Of a DNA stretch of 64,000 nt, positions 11,138-26,000 are shown in pieces. The DNA comes from Oopsacas minuta (lineage: Eukaryota; Animalia; Porifera), in the NCBI GenBank assembly GCA_024704765.1, contig JAKMXF010000066.1, positions 314,499 to 378,498 on the forward strand, read 5' to 3'. The notes beneath the pieces were generated by a model. The model saw only the letters and a list, made by a program, of their open reading frames with translations, was not told where the DNA came from and did not search any database. The position numbers and the translations under genes are program-made. The stretch's first letter is position 1. Every line of letters begins with the position of its first letter.

Positions 11138-14100
11138 ATAACCTACCAAGTCCATCCTACTCTTATAACAGAAGACAATGCGTTGTTTTATCTTGAACGT
11201 CTCTTATATAAACTTCTCCTCAGACTAGTAATATCCTTACCAAAGACTATACTAGATGTCAGTCATATCGTATCGAACAGTTTCCCTTATCCATTAGCAG
11301 AATGGGCGTTACAGGAAGCTGAAGCTATTATAAACTCCTCGAGGATTATGGCTAAACGAATGCCTATCAGTATACCGATTGATAAAATTGGTCCTCAGAT
11401 TGCTAAGGTAAGTGGTATGTAGAGGCGATTATATAGGCGGGGGCTGTTGTTATAGATTATTTTCATTTTTGTATTCCATGAATCTCTTTCTCTGAATCTC
11501 TATACGTATCTTGTTTTGTTTATCATTGGTGTCGAGTCGACCTCCACAAACGGGACCTGTAGAAACGCGGAACTTCTGGAAATCTTATTCCCAAAGAAAT
11601 GAACTTGCACAAACGGGGAAGCATTTTTCGGCTTCCCTCTCACTCCGTTTGGGGAGGTTCACTGCAATTCTTTATTCAATACATTTGTCTTTATATAGGA
11701 ATTCTACTGTGTGAGTAAGATTGATAGTAAAGTTGTCATCTACCTCCTGACTGTCATAGACTATATGGCAGCTGACATACTCAAAGTATGTACTGTAACA
11801 AATACTTGATTTCTTCCCACTTTACATGTTTTTTGTAGTATATTTTACTTCATTAATCTCTCATTTAGTTAGCGGGAAACTTCGTAAAGAACTCAGGAAG
11901 AAGTCGTATCTTTGAAAGTGACATACGAGTATCTATGAATGCAGACCAGGTAATCTTTTATAGCATTTTAATTAAAGGATTGAGTTGGTTAACTCGCAAT
12001 TTCTCGTTTTTTTTTTACTACAGTGGGACTTAATACAGTGCTCTCGTGGACTTTTATTTGCAGTCAACTCCCGTTAAATCGAACACGGATATAACCAAAT
12101 ACTCGCTTACGTTCGAAGTCTGACATTGTGCGAATATGGTCCCAAATCATCAAAGTAACGTACATTGCATCGTACATCGAGTTGATTATCGCTGTCCCTG
12201 AGCTTCGATATAGCGGGAATTAACTCACTTGAAAACTTATTTACTTGCAGGCACTAATGAGTCTATTCAGCAAGGATATGGATCCTAAGACAATCACTAA
12301 TAGTTTATCAAGCTTCACAGACTCACTGCCTGTTAGTAACGGAGATGCAAACTTCACTGATGCTATGAAAGAAATGGTATCTTTAGAAGGACAGTATATC
12401 CGTATTCTACAGAGAATACAAAAGATTTTAGCTGTACCATTTCAAACAAAAGAGCCACGAGTGTTTCCTACTGATGTGAGTTATAATTACAAATTATTTC
12501 TCATACTAATATGCTATATTTAGTAATTATTCTAAAGTTCTCTGACAGAACTGGTCTAAAATTTCCAATCAATACCTGGGTATATGGAGCCGTTCAAACG
12601 TTACGTAACGCTACAAGGGGAGGCGGTAGTATGTGAAGTGTGACAGCCCGATTCATTTTGTCTTACAAAATGGTGAAACTCGTGACACATTGGGGGTATC
12701 AAAATTTAGGGCATTTTGCCTTACGTAACGTTTGAATGGCTCTCTGATTGCAGTTGAACACTCTTGCGAGTAGCAATTGTGTTCTTACCACCACTATATG
12801 TAAATTACTCAGGAATATTTTTGAACAGTTTAAGCAGCTGGTTATTATATTATAATCAACATCCACAGTAACGACTAGTTAATATATTTTACTTAAAGTA
12901 TCCGAAGCCATTCCAAATATCCACTGGTATGAGAAAATTTCGCGATTGGTCACTTATACGGATAAATAAATCCAATATATACTGTATTAGTAATTTAATA
13001 CTAGTTATATTGTACAGATAGTAGAGGATATATTCGGGAATTTGGAAGGCGTTATAGACCTGTCTCTCTCTATCCATGGTTCTTTACAAGACGCACTTGA
13101 GGTAGCCAGAGCTGAAGAAGATCAAGATAACAATGTAGCAGCTGCTGGTACTGTCTTCAATGAACATTCCTCTGCTTTTGATTTTGAAGAATACAATGAT
13201 TATGCTAGGAATTATGAGACAATGGTTCATACATTAGATGCTCAGTTTAAACAGCCATGGGTACACAACTATTTCAAGGTTGTTATTCAATATCTTTTAT
13301 AGACTTGTTTTGTGTGTTGGAATAAGTTATTATATCTTCGTTTTGGCATTGTTTTATACGATAATTTTCTTACGTTTACTGTCATTATTCCGGTAATTAT
13401 TCGCATTGGACAATACAGCATCTTATAAATATACGTACTGTATTTTCCGATCTCCAAATATAAAGAAGAGATAAATGATATATCAGTTCCGGTCTTCCGG
13501 TAGAACCGGTAAATTTTACTTCCACTGTGCCTGTATATACTAGTGTCTATACACAAACCATTTATTGGCGGTGAAATCCGGGATTCCCAAAATATATTTA
13601 TTTTAACATGCAAATTTATTTTAGGATTATTTCAAACACCAATTCAACTGTACAGAAGGAGAAGTTTGTATATTTATTAGCACAGTTAAATACCTCCTGC
13701 CTAAACTATTGCTAGAGCCTGTTAAACATATGGCGTACTATATACTAGAGATGTTACCCACTATGTTAAAGATTTGTCCGTCAGAGTCAGAACGTCAAGA
13801 GTTCAAAGATGCCTTGGATGGAATGAGTAAATTCCAGAGTATAACTGAAGCACTGATAAGAAGTGATAAGTTATCTGTTGATGCTCTCAATATAGACTCT
13901 TATATCCTGAATAGAAGGTCTAGGACTAAGTCTGCATTCCAGGAAATTAAAGAAATACAGGTTACTGATTATAACTTAATTTATGCGTTTGTTTAATGGC
14001 AAGAGCATTTTTCTTAGTTGAAACAACTGTTCAAACGTTCTGTAATGTTTCTAGGAGAGGGGCTTGGGTGTACTACTCAATGCTCAGTCATTGAGTCATT

Positions 14101-17100
14101 TGAGTATGTTCTAGGCCATGAATTTTATAACTAATTTTCAATTTACAGTTGGAAAACTTAATTTGGAGTAAAAACTATTCAGCAAATTCCTAGTCCCTTA
14201 CGAACGAACCTTGACAATCCGAGAATTTGACAAAAACTGGTAAACGGGGTAGCATTTTGGCTTCCACGGCATACGTTTGTGGAGGTTACACTAAATAAAA
14301 ACACATTTTACTGTCCATTTATTCTCTAATTATTTGTAGGATAGGATAGAAGGAGATACAAAAGACCTAATGCGTTGCTCCCAGCTTATAAAGATAGGAG
14401 ACCTATCGTTACATCAGGGAGGTTATAAGAAAGGAAATAAGTGTCAGGAGAGAAGAGTATTTTTGTTTGATTGTCTATTGTTATGCTGTAAACTCAGTTC
14501 TAATAAGAAAGATGTTTATGAATATAAGCTCAGGGAAAAGTACGAGTTGAAGAAGATATGTTTAGTAGACACACTGGACACTGAAGGTTAGCGGGAAAAC
14601 TAATAGTATAATTTGATAGAATACTGCTTTAAACATATTATTTAGTCATTTCGTTGGACGTAATAAAACATTGCGTATAGCATTTACTTCTCTTTCAATC
14701 GTGAATCTCATTATTATTTGTTAGATGCTTCTAATGGATTTGAGATACTAGACAGTAAGAACTATAAGATGTATTTCCAGACGTCATCTCAGGAAATAAA
14801 GCAAGAATGGTTAGCTGCTATTTGCTATGCTGTTACTCATGAGTCTTTTGAGAGTAAATTAGAGGATCTATTGAAGAAGGAGAGGAATTCTATTCAGTTC
14901 GAGTTACCTAGTCCTGATATATACAAGTATGTTGATTGTTATATTTTGTATTAATAGATAGAGGCTTGCTTGTGTAATTATTGATTTGTTAATAAAGTGG
15001 TGTGCGCCTATTAGCAACCCATGGACATAGAGTGTACTTTTGTATGGTAAGTAATTCGCATAATAGCACATTCGAGTATTATCAAGGAAAATTCACGATT
15101 TGCTAAAAGGCTAACTCCACTGTAGTGGGATTTTCAAGATCTCGTAAGTTCAGATGTTCATACTTGCCAACCATATTGGAGACATTTCCGAGACATACTG
15201 TAGTATGTATGGGTCATGGAGTAATAATTATTGGCGAGACTTTGTATATAGTATCACTCCAAAACGTAGGGACTCCGATTTTTGTCACGTTTCATCGAGC
15301 ATGACCGAAAATACCGGGACATCAGCTAAATCGAGGCTATTGGTAAAAATATAGATGTTTTATTGGCAAATTGTAACTCACTTCACTGTATTTATACTAA
15401 CACGTTTATTACCAGATTCTCGGCTCCTGACTCAGACGAAAATATAGTATTTGAAGAGGCAGGAGAGAATCTACTTAACATTAGGAATCCTCCTATAAGA
15501 GCTGCTACATTCTATAAACTAGTGGAGAGATTAACATATCATAAATTTGCTGATCCCGCTCTTGTTAAAACATTCCTGACTACTTACAGATCATTCGCTA
15601 CTCCTACAGACTTGATGGAATCATTAATAGAGAGATATAATATACCAGTACTGGAGGAGGAAGAGAATAGTGACGTCATATGGAGTCATGAAGCTATCAC
15701 TCAGAGCGAGAAGGTAGGTATTATTATGTTCATAGGGTTTGTATTTATTTTCGTTTATACATCCAATCACTGCTGGATATATTTTAAATCTTGTTAATTT
15801 CGAAAGGGGAAATGCCAATTGAACATGCTGGTTCACCTGGAATTTGATACACGAGAATTGGCTTTATAATAATCAAAAATACAATTAGTTCGATAATATA
15901 ATTTAATTTTTATAATTATTAGCTTCGTCGCTACAAGAAAGAGTACTTAAACCCAATCAAGCTAAGAGTCCTGAATGTAATACGTCACTGGATAGAACAT
16001 CACCCTTATGATTTTGAGAGAGATCCATCTCTTAAAGAACAGCTCAGTCAGTTTTTAGCTACTACTGGGGAGGATAAGAAGATGCAAAAATGGGTAGAAA
16101 CCATCAGGTATTACAGCTATTTATTTGTGTTTGTTTGTATGTTTGTTTGTTTTATTATGCCAAATACGCACTATCAAGTATATATTTCCTTATTATAAAT
16201 TTATAACGTGATATACATTAACGTATCTAAAGTATAGATAATTATGAGCTTCGATATAACTGGATTTGACTGTATGTATTTATATTTCTTTATATTTAGA
16301 CGTATTCTGAATAACGAGACATTAATCTCATGTAATTTCAACAACTACCCTCCTCCCATTGAGCACATCGGGGAGGGACCACCTGACCTCCCTCAAGGTG
16401 TCCCTCCAGGCTGTAACTTATTCTCCTACCATCCTGTCGAGATAGCTAGACAAATGACTCTAATACAATCTGAATACTTCAGGGCAGTTAAGGTTAACGA
16501 GCTGATAGGGGGAGCATTCACTAAGGGTAATAAAGAAGAGAAAGCTCCTAATATGGTACGACTCACTAACCATTTCAATAACATGGCTTATTTCTTTCAG
16601 AAGAGTATTGTACAGATGTCTAACTTAGAGGAGAGAGTAGCTCTTGTTAATAGGATCATTGATATCATGCAGGTGAGGTATATGGAAATTTGTAGATTAT
16701 ACATCGAGTTAGCTAATATGGATTAAGTAAAAACGATCATACAAGCTATTTTAAAACATTTGGAAGTCACTAGAAACCTCGGAGCGAATAAGCAATGATG
16801 AATATTTGCCTCATAAAAATAGCGATTACGATAGGAAATGACGAAAGATTCAATGCTATGTACACCCCTGATTATTCTAATACTTACACTGTTTGCTCAG
16901 GCTTTTAAGCGATAAAAGGTAGACAAATCCTGTTGTAAATTATTTGATCTGAATTTACACAAATTTAAACACAGCGAGTAATATTCTATAGTCATTCTTA
17001 ATGCGTTTGAAACAGCGATTCTGTTGCATTTATGGTTATACTTCCAATTTCGTCTTCTTATTGTGAAAATAATAGCACTTGAGCTGTCTTCCGTTAAAAG

Positions 17101-19231
17101 AACTACATATTAACATAATACGTAATTATCATAAGTGTTTACCTTCTAGGCTTGCGTAGAGTTGAACAATTTCTGTGGCATGATGATAATAATGACAGCA
17201 TTAAATACTTCTTCTATCAACAAACTAGAACATACTTGGAATAAAGTTTCTAATAGTAGAATGGCTCTAGTGGAAGCTCAGAGAGATACATCTAAAGATC
17301 ACTCCTATAAACTTCTTAAGAGCAAGCTGTTCACTATTGAGCCACCCTGTGTACCTCATATAGGTAGGTTAAAGTATTATCTCGTAAGTGCAAAAGCAGG
17401 AATTGAGATTTTACTTATCCGGTATTCGTTTTAACTGAAGTGATCTAATTGAAGAGATTGGAATTTCTCTTATTTTATCCAGATTTCGTGGAGTTGATAT
17501 CCGGTATCTCAAACCTTCAGGAGATCAAAATATATTTGAAATAGCGTAGGATTACTGTCATTCGAGATAGTGGCATTAGGAAATTTTCCATAAATTTAGA
17601 CTTCGACAGGAAGTTTTCTAGGAAATAACCTGAGAATTCCTAGCCTTACATCACTAACTCGAGATAACAGATCTCAAAAAGTATTACTTTTGCACCATTA
17701 TCTAGGTATGTTCTTAACTCGCATTATACACGTTGAATGCGGAATGAAAGATACTCTCTCTGAATTCCCTAACATGATAAATTTCACGAAACGCAGGAGA
17801 TTCTGTGATATCGTAGGAGAGATACAACAGTATCAGAATCAGAGATTTAACCTAATTCAGGAGAAAACTATACAAGATTATCTTCTAGCACAGACTCCCT
17901 TATTAAAAGGATCAGATGCAGATGAAGTGGAAACTTTAATTCATCAACTCTCTCTTGATATTGAACCTAGAGAGCAACCACCTCCTAAGATAGTAAGTAT
18001 ATGGGAATATTTATGTTTATTAATACCCAAAATTTACACACATGTATATGCTAATGTTGCTTATTCCGTCGATCTATTTTACGTTGTTTTATTTCATGTG
18101 TTTTGGATATATACAAGGTTTCTCAACATATGACTATTTGGTCAATCTTGGACACGCTGTTGCCAGTTGCCACGGAGATATTTATGTCATTTTTTGGTCC
18201 AATAAAGTTGGAATGGCATTTCACCAAACAAATAAGTATTTCTGGATATAGTCATGATACAAAATTAGATAACGTGTGTCCATAGCCCATGAGAGTTTGA
18301 TAAACTCTGATCTACACCCAGTCCCTTGCACATTAATCTTAGCTTACAGTGCTAATCAGTCTCCACACACGTTTAGGCCAGACAATACCCACAACTTAAC
18401 CTCCATTCACAAGGCTATCGTGCTCGAGGGCGTGCTGAAAAAAAGAAGGCAGGAGGAATACACAACTCCGAATCAGCATTCGCTCTAGATTCCCAATGTG
18501 ATCCCACAAACATTGCCATTTCGAAAAGTCGTACTCTTCAAGTAATGCCCACTCAATCAGATGCAAGCAGAGATAAAGTTAATGGAAATATACTAGACAT
18601 TACCGGAGGAGAGACTGATGAAATTCCTCCTAAAATACCGCCCAGAATATCCAGAACGTATGTTTCTTGTACGATTTATTCGCTAATACCAAGTTGTCTA
18701 ATAGCAAAATCTGATTATTAGCAACTATTTCAAGGATATTTTTGTATGATAAATAGTAATACAGTGAAACCTCCACTAACAAATTTCTGGAAAGAGAGTG
18801 AAAAATTTACAGAGCGAATCCCATATAAATGAACCTCCGAAAAAGGGGAAACAGGTTAGCATTTTTCCGCCTCTCTAGTACATCGTATGTGGAGGTTACA
18901 CTTTAACAAATTCCGGTATTACCAAGGTAAATTCATGTAAAATATGATTTGATAATAACCAACTCCACTGTCATTTAAATTTATATAATATATTTTCTTT
19001 AGTAAAGATACACCACCCCCTATACCACTCAGCTATAATACAAACACATTTCCTCGTCCATCCCCTCAATCATGTAATGTAGCACCTCTCCCACCCCGAC
19101 TGGAAATCCAGTCTAGACAAAGTCTCCAGAATTCTCTAGCCCCTCCCCTCCCTCCCAGGAAAGCATCCAATGAACTAGATGTCCCACCCCCACGACCAAG
19201 CAAGCCCACTTACTTACACTCACAAGTTTAA
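11138..19231 (+). CDS. Sos: Son of sevenless (SOS) Ras guanine-nucleotide exchange factor: histone-fold domain, DH, PH, REM, CDC25 domains and C-terminal PxxP tail; first coding exon(s) upstream of 11138 unresolved
   Basis: Phase-consistent exons: 11138-11407, 11699-11776, 11869-11949, 12251-12475, 13018-13278, 13625-13960, 14340-14586, 14725-14926, 15416-15713, 15923-16107, 16300-16672, 17150-17363, 17706-17992, 18377-18657 (the least certain) and 19003-19231 (stop TAA). The spliced protein aligns collinearly with human SOS1. Matching blocks include [30 protein letters not shown] (SOS1 SVYIVAVLEYISADILK), [22 protein letters not shown] (SOS1 [22 protein letters not shown]), [101 protein letters not shown] and [20 protein letters not shown]. 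The tail carries PPLPPR and PPPRP motifs. Confidence 0.85.
11531..11664. mobile_element. MITE family B copy (TIR CAGTGAAACCTCCAC..GTGGAGGTTCACTG), in SOS intron
   Basis: cgacctccacaaacggg ... ggggaggttcactg; related to the copies at 14190-14292, 18771-18902, 31058-31110 and 48335-48390. Confidence 0.5.
12058..12228. mobile_element. MITE family A copy in SOS intron
   Basis: gcagtcaactcccgttaaatcgaacacggatataacc ... cgatatagcgggaattaactcac. Confidence 0.6.
14190..14292. mobile_element. MITE family B copy in SOS intron
   Basis: ...ggtaaacggggtagcattttggcttccacggcatacgtttgtggaggttacact. Confidence 0.5.
18771..18902. mobile_element. MITE family B copy (best-preserved TIRs) in last SOS intron
   Basis: acagtgaaacctccactaac ... 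gtatgtggaggttacact. Confidence 0.6.
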
Positions 19232-20060
19232 CAAACACGAATATGTGGACGTTTAAAAGCCACGAGCTTAAATGTACATTTGCTTATTGCTATCTTAATG
19301 CAAATTTGAAGTCAGTCGATGAACTCTTGGACATCTTCTTTCTCTCATCTCTCGTCTATTTTTATAATTTTATTATCTTGCTATCGCGTTGCTTGTTGTT
19401 GTGATTTGACATTGGGCTGTTGGTGTGTTTTGGGTTGTATTATTTGGTGCACGTAGTCTTGTTGTGTATATTTGATACGGGATTAATTAAATGTAGAAAC
19501 ACTCATTTCCATATATATACTTAATACTTATATAAGGCCCTTGTCACTGTTAATGATTGTTTCAGCACCATATGCTGTCTATCTAAGCATGTGGGCGGGC
19601 GGCATTTCAGTATCATTTTTTATGACGTCACTATAATACAAAGTGGCCAAATACATGGAAAAATTTAAATGACTCTACTTGGAAATTTGAAAATTATTTA
19701 GCGTATGTTAATCGATTTCTGTGAAGAGAAATTAAATACAAGAATTCACCGGTTGGTTAGTAAATATATTGTGTAGTTGAATTTCACTGAGAAAATGGTG
19801 AAATAATGGCAATATTCATGCGACAGGTAAACTTGATGTGGAGTAGAACTGAAACAAGTTTCCAACTAACAGTTAACTTAACTAACTGAACAAGTGATTA
19901 CTTACTTTATGAGGCTAATAACTAAAAAGCAAATTTGTTAGTATTTCTAACAATTAGTTCTGTGTAATCCAAATATCGAATTTCATTAAACTTTAGGCTT
20001 TCTATTGAAAAGCTAATAAATAAACTATGATAATAACGTCTAAATATATGATCAAATAAA

Positions 20061-23000
20061 ATGGCGAACAAAAAAATTAATGCTATTGCGTCGCTGCAGA
20101 ATGGAAGTTTGGATAAAGAACTTTGTCGATTAGACGCCAACCAAGCTAGTAAAATTCTCAACCAAAACTCACCGAATCATTTCGGTAGAACGGTACTACA
20201 TTTGGCATGTGAACACGGCCAATACGAAGCAGTTAAATGTTGTCTAGAATTCGGAGCAAGGCCGAATAATACATCTACCTCAGCTGATCTACGAAAAAGT
20301 CCTTTACATGTGTTAATACAAAAACTACCTCCAAATACTGTCGAAATAACCAAGTTGCTTCTGGCTTATCGAGCTGATCCTAAAATAGTAGATTCATCAA
20401 AGAATACTCCGCTTGACTATGCTCATCAAAAGAATCATAAACAACTCATTCAATTGCTTTCAAAGGCTACATCTATTTATCAGTCAGCCTCTGGTATAGC
20501 TACTAGAGAAGCGCCGGTAATTCACAAAGAAATAGAAAATAAAGTTGAAGGATCGAACGAGAAAATTATGGAATTGTTATCAAAATGTTATTTAAAGACT
20601 CTCTCAACTTTCGATTACAATAACTGGTCGCTGATTAATCGTGCTATCGTAAATTCTAACTTCAAATTAGCTGAATCCCTTGTCGAACATACTCTTGAAA
20701 TCCCATCCACTAAAAACCCATCAAATTTCTCTCCACTCCATCTACTAACAATTTTCAAGTGCACAACTCTATTTAAAAATATAATAACAAAGTTTCCTAG
20801 GCTACTTCTGAGTAGAGATAATGACAAGAATACTCCATTACATTTGGCTTGTCGTAACGGCGTTTTTGAGTTAGTTTGCCTCATGCTGCCTGACAACAGA
20901 CCACTACAGTACGTAGATGTAAATGCCACAAACATGCGAGGCACGACTCCATTACACTACGCAGCGAGAGAGGGACATATATGTATAACAGAGTATCTAT
21001 TGCAGTGTACGAAAACTAATTGTATTGACAGTACAAAACAAACATTCTTATTGAAGGCTATTCTGTCAGAACGAATAGACCTGATTCACACGTTACTATC
21101 AAATCATTCACATGTAGTCGGTCAGCTCATTAATTACCAGGACAATGAGGGTAGGACCTTTCTACAACATATAGTCTCTAAAGGTCTTCACAACATAGTC
21201 AGGCAAATTCTCAAGCTAAACCCATCAGTAACTACTGTTGGTTTACTGACACTACAAGGTTATAAGAAATACAAATCGACGTACGCAGAATTTGAATTCT
21301 CATTAGATGAAGAGATAGATGGTATCGATGAGTCTTTGCCGCCAATCATGCCAAACGACTCAGTACAAATTTCTCAATTAAGACGCACTCCTAGTAATCC
21401 TTTGAAAAGTAGCAATAATTTGAATTCACTGGACACTAGTATTGATTTCTACCCTAGTTCGCAGAGAAACAGTTTTAACACGAGCACTAGTGGTAGTTAC
21501 CCAAAATGCGGAAGTAGTTTGGAATCAAAAAATTCTGATAATGTGTCTGCTAATGTTAACGTGGGTAAACAATCCTATCCAACTGATATACCTCAAGAAC
21601 ATTCCCGTAACGTGTCTAAATTCCAAAAGTCTTCTAATTTCATCCTCAACAAATCTACTAATGTAACGGTGCTTATAGAATCACTGTTGTTGGATGATTT
21701 AAGTAGCTTCCAACTAATAATCGATTATATCCTTGAAAAGAATATTCCTATATCAGCATTGCCAGATTTCCAAAGTGCGGTGTGTTTAGCAATTCGTATA
21801 AAGAAATGGAGAGCAGTTGAAATTCTTCTAAAACTAACTTACAATGAGAAAATAGAGTATGAAGTAATTTGGAACAGGCTATACCTCACAAACGAAGCTC
21901 TGAACGAAGTAATCCAAGATATTACATCATTCAAATTTCTCACTAGTACAGACATGGTATTTCAAAACCTGATGGTATTAGATATACACAATAATGAATT
22001 GACTGAGATTCCGAGTTTCATAGTTCAAATGAAAGAGCTTAGAAGACTATCTCTTGTTAATAACAAAATAGAAAATATTTCTCACGAAATATTTTCAATG
22101 AAAGAATTGAGAGAACTTAACTTATCAGGAAATTCGGTAAAATTTATACATCATCTAGCGAATGAACCTCTAATCAGTTTATTAAAATCAAAACTTGATA
22201 AATTAGAATTAGAAAACTGCGGACTTGAACAATTCCCACCAGTTATAGAAGAACTCTACAAGCTACATGATTTGAATTTATCGCAAAATAATATTAATTC
22301 AATTCCGTGTTACATTTGGAAACATAAAGGAATACGAAGACTGAATTTATCCCGTAACAAACTGACCCACCTTACTACTAAGTTGCTACGACCTAATGCT
22401 ATAGTACGGAGTAGCAATAATATAGTAGGAGAAGTAAGGATGAGAGCACCGAGAAGATTCTCTACATATTACGATAAGAGGGGAAGTAGAGAGAGATTTC
22501 AAACACTCCCAATCACCTCAGATTCTATACCAGTTAGAAGTGTGCAGAGAGCTTCATTTGAACACAGTATCATACCTGGACTACAGTTTAATGTACAGCT
22601 AAATAATGACCTATCTGAGCTGAATTTATCTTACAATGAATTTGCTTATTTCCCAACAGACATGAGTGGACTTACTCCCACACTTAAGAAACTTAATATG
22701 TCTTACAACAAGATACAAACTATCTACTTAAGTCTGATTCCTTACACGCTGATCGAGTTGAATCTGGATGGGAATTTGATTGATACATTTTCTTGCGACG
22801 ATCCATACTCTAGATCAAAAGGCATTGCTGAGGGAACATCTACATTATGTAGTGAAGAACATGACGCACTTAACTGGTTAAAGAATCTATCCATTAATGA
22901 CAATAAACTGAAGGAATTCCCACTGTTAGTGCACTACAGCGAAAATGAAGGTTGTAGCAATATCATCAGGCAACATAATATGGAAAAAAGGTTAAGATTC

Positions 23001-26000
23001 CCAGTTCTAGAAGTTTTGAGTATTGTAAATAACGTAATAACATTGTTGACACCTGAAATTCAATACCAGGCTTCTATACAAGAAATATATCTAGACGGAA
23101 ATGCAGAATTAGCCAAATTACCATACGAAATTGGATATCTAAAATGCTTCAATAGACTACAAATTATTTCAGTTGAGAATTGTCCAAAAATTGGCAACAT
23201 TCCACCACACATCTACAATCATGGAAATATCAATACACCACTGTTAATGCCTTATTTCAGAGCACAACTGAAAGGGAGTGTCCAGAATAACTTAGTCAAG
23301 TTGATGGTTATTGGTTCTTTCAACCAAGGAAAAACTAGTTTATTGAGGAGATTGAAAGGATTGGGTTTGACAGAGCGTAACCCAACCAAAGGAGTGGAGA
23401 TAGATTCTTGGAAATGCGATTTCGGGAGGGCGAAATCAATAACATTTGTGACATGGGATTTTGCAGGTCAAGAAGAGTATTATGCTACGCATCAATGCTT
23501 CCTTAGCACAGGTGCCCTGTATATACTTTGTTTCTCATTGGAAACATTCACTGAAGATGCAAAGAGCATGCAAACAATGACAGAATGGCTGCAGTCCATT
23601 GAACTACGTGCTCCCCGTTCACCTGTGATAATCGTAGGCACACATTTGGATAAAGTGAGTGAAAATGTTGCCCTAGTCATTAAGGAAACTTTACAAGAGA
23701 AATTCGTAACTGAAGGAGCAAGCAGAATAGAACAACTCCCTCATGTAATTGATGTTATGCTAGTGTGTTGTATTCCTGAAAAAAGTTTTTTCTCCAAATT
23801 GAACAAGAAAATGGATCAATTGAAAGATAGAATATTAGATGTAGTAGGACATCTCTCTATGCACTACAATCGTATACGACAGACTATATCTTATTTATAC
23901 AAACGTGATGCAGATTCTAAATCACCGACTCTACTTTTGAATCAACAAACTCCAAAAGATTATGAAAATCTTCGTGAAAAATTGTTCAAGGTGAGTTCTA
24001 CACTTCTTGTAGAGGCAAAACCGCCAATACTTAAAGATTCAGAATTGAAAAGTCACGCTGAACACATAATAGATAATCCTGACGATCTATTCGATGCAGT
24101 CGAGCATCTACACATGCAAGGAAGTATCTTACACTTCAATACTCCCCTATTAAAAGATGTTTACTTCTTAGATCCAAATTGGCTATGCAAACAAATGGCT
24201 AGAGTTATAGGTGCTCACACAGACACTAACAATTCCAATGGACTCGTTTCGTTAGTTGATTTGGAAAGTAGTTTAAAAGATATTTCACAATTCTGGAATA
24301 AGTTTGTGAGATTGTTAGAGCAATTCCAGATTATGTTAAGGTTCTCAGAGGAAGAAGTACTCATTCCCTCACAATTACCAGTCGAACCGATTAATCTTGT
24401 TGGTTTATACAAGATTTTCACTGAAAACTTATACCCTGATCATAAAGACAAATATTTCGTACGTATCTGGCCGCTGGTAAATGTACCACATGGGTTCTGG
24501 CCCAGGCTTTTATGTCGTGTAGCTCAAGATCCAGTGATAATGTCATTAGTCAGCAAGAAATCTCATGCCACAATATCTATTATGGGCTCGCTGAAGGAAA
24601 GAAAGGAAGAAATAAAACGAAAACGAATTATCTCTGATGCGAATTTACCAACATTTGATTCAGATATAAACTGGAATTTTTGGAGAAGTGGCGTTCAGCT
24701 TGTTGATAAGCATGGAGAAATTCAGTTTGAAATTATAGAACTGTCACAAGATAATCCTGAAATAGTGGAAGAGGATAATACACCAGATTGTTATATAGAT
24801 CAGCATAGATTTTATATAGAGAAGAAATTTAGAGTTCTTTCAGTTGTTCATGTACAAAACGATGAACTCGCTACTGATTGTCAAATTTTCGTACGAATAA
24901 CACAACACATAAATTCCTTATTCGAAGCTTGGTTTCCAGGTATCCTTACTGACTATCAAGTCCCTAGTTACTATCCTTGCCCTCGTTGCTTCTATCAAGA
25001 CACAAAACAATCTGTACCGCATATACAAGATCAAGGATACAGCGGGACGTTCATTAAATTCGGGCAAACAATTTGGAGTACTTTCACAGAAGAACACTGC
25101 TTCAGGAGATCTGGAGAGAATTCCCCTGTAAAATGTCATTGGCATGGAAATATAGACATAAGCAGAATAGCTCCTGATGTCAAGCTATTGGATGTAGGAC
25201 CAGATCGTGTATTAGATATGAACACAATCCGTCTAGGCTCACAATTGGGGGCTGGCACTTATGGAGTTGTGTACAAGGGTGAAATATGGGATCACTATGA
25301 TAATGACTCGATACCTTGTGCTATAAAGCTATTCGTAGGCAACACTTTCGGGAGAAGTTATGACCATATCCTTGAGCATATGTCAGAAGAAGATCAATGG
25401 AATTCATATATAGAATTAAGGAAAGAGCTCTCACCCATGGTTAACCTAACACATCCTAATCTATCTCTACTCTTGGGTGTAACAATGTCACCTCTGCAGA
25501 TTGTAATGGGGCTAGCACGAAAAGGTTCCTTACTTACAATGATTAACAAATACAGTGAGAAGAAAGCTATTTTCCATCCAAAGATAGCAGCTAGCTCTAT
25601 TTTACAGATAGCTTCCGGACTGAACTATCTGCATTCTAACAATCTAGTACATCTTGACTTGAAAGCAGCTAATATATTAGTCTGGGATTTTCCAGAGCCA
25701 GATGAACAAACAGCTGACTCAAAAGTACTTCTGAAACTTGCAGACTACGGCACAGTGTTACACTGCGATACATTGGGGGTACGTATGTCGAATTTGGTAG
25801 GAACTCCTGGTTATATTGCCCCAGAAGTTGTGCTGTTCTCTGGGAAGCAGAGCTTCACATCTAAGGCAGATGTTTTCTCATTCGCAATGGTGTTGTATGA
25901 GATTTTAAGCTACAGACCTCCTTTTGTTAATTTCGATAGCGAGCATGATCAGAAATGGGCGCCAGCACAAGGACGTAGACCCCTTTTACGCGCGGAAGAA

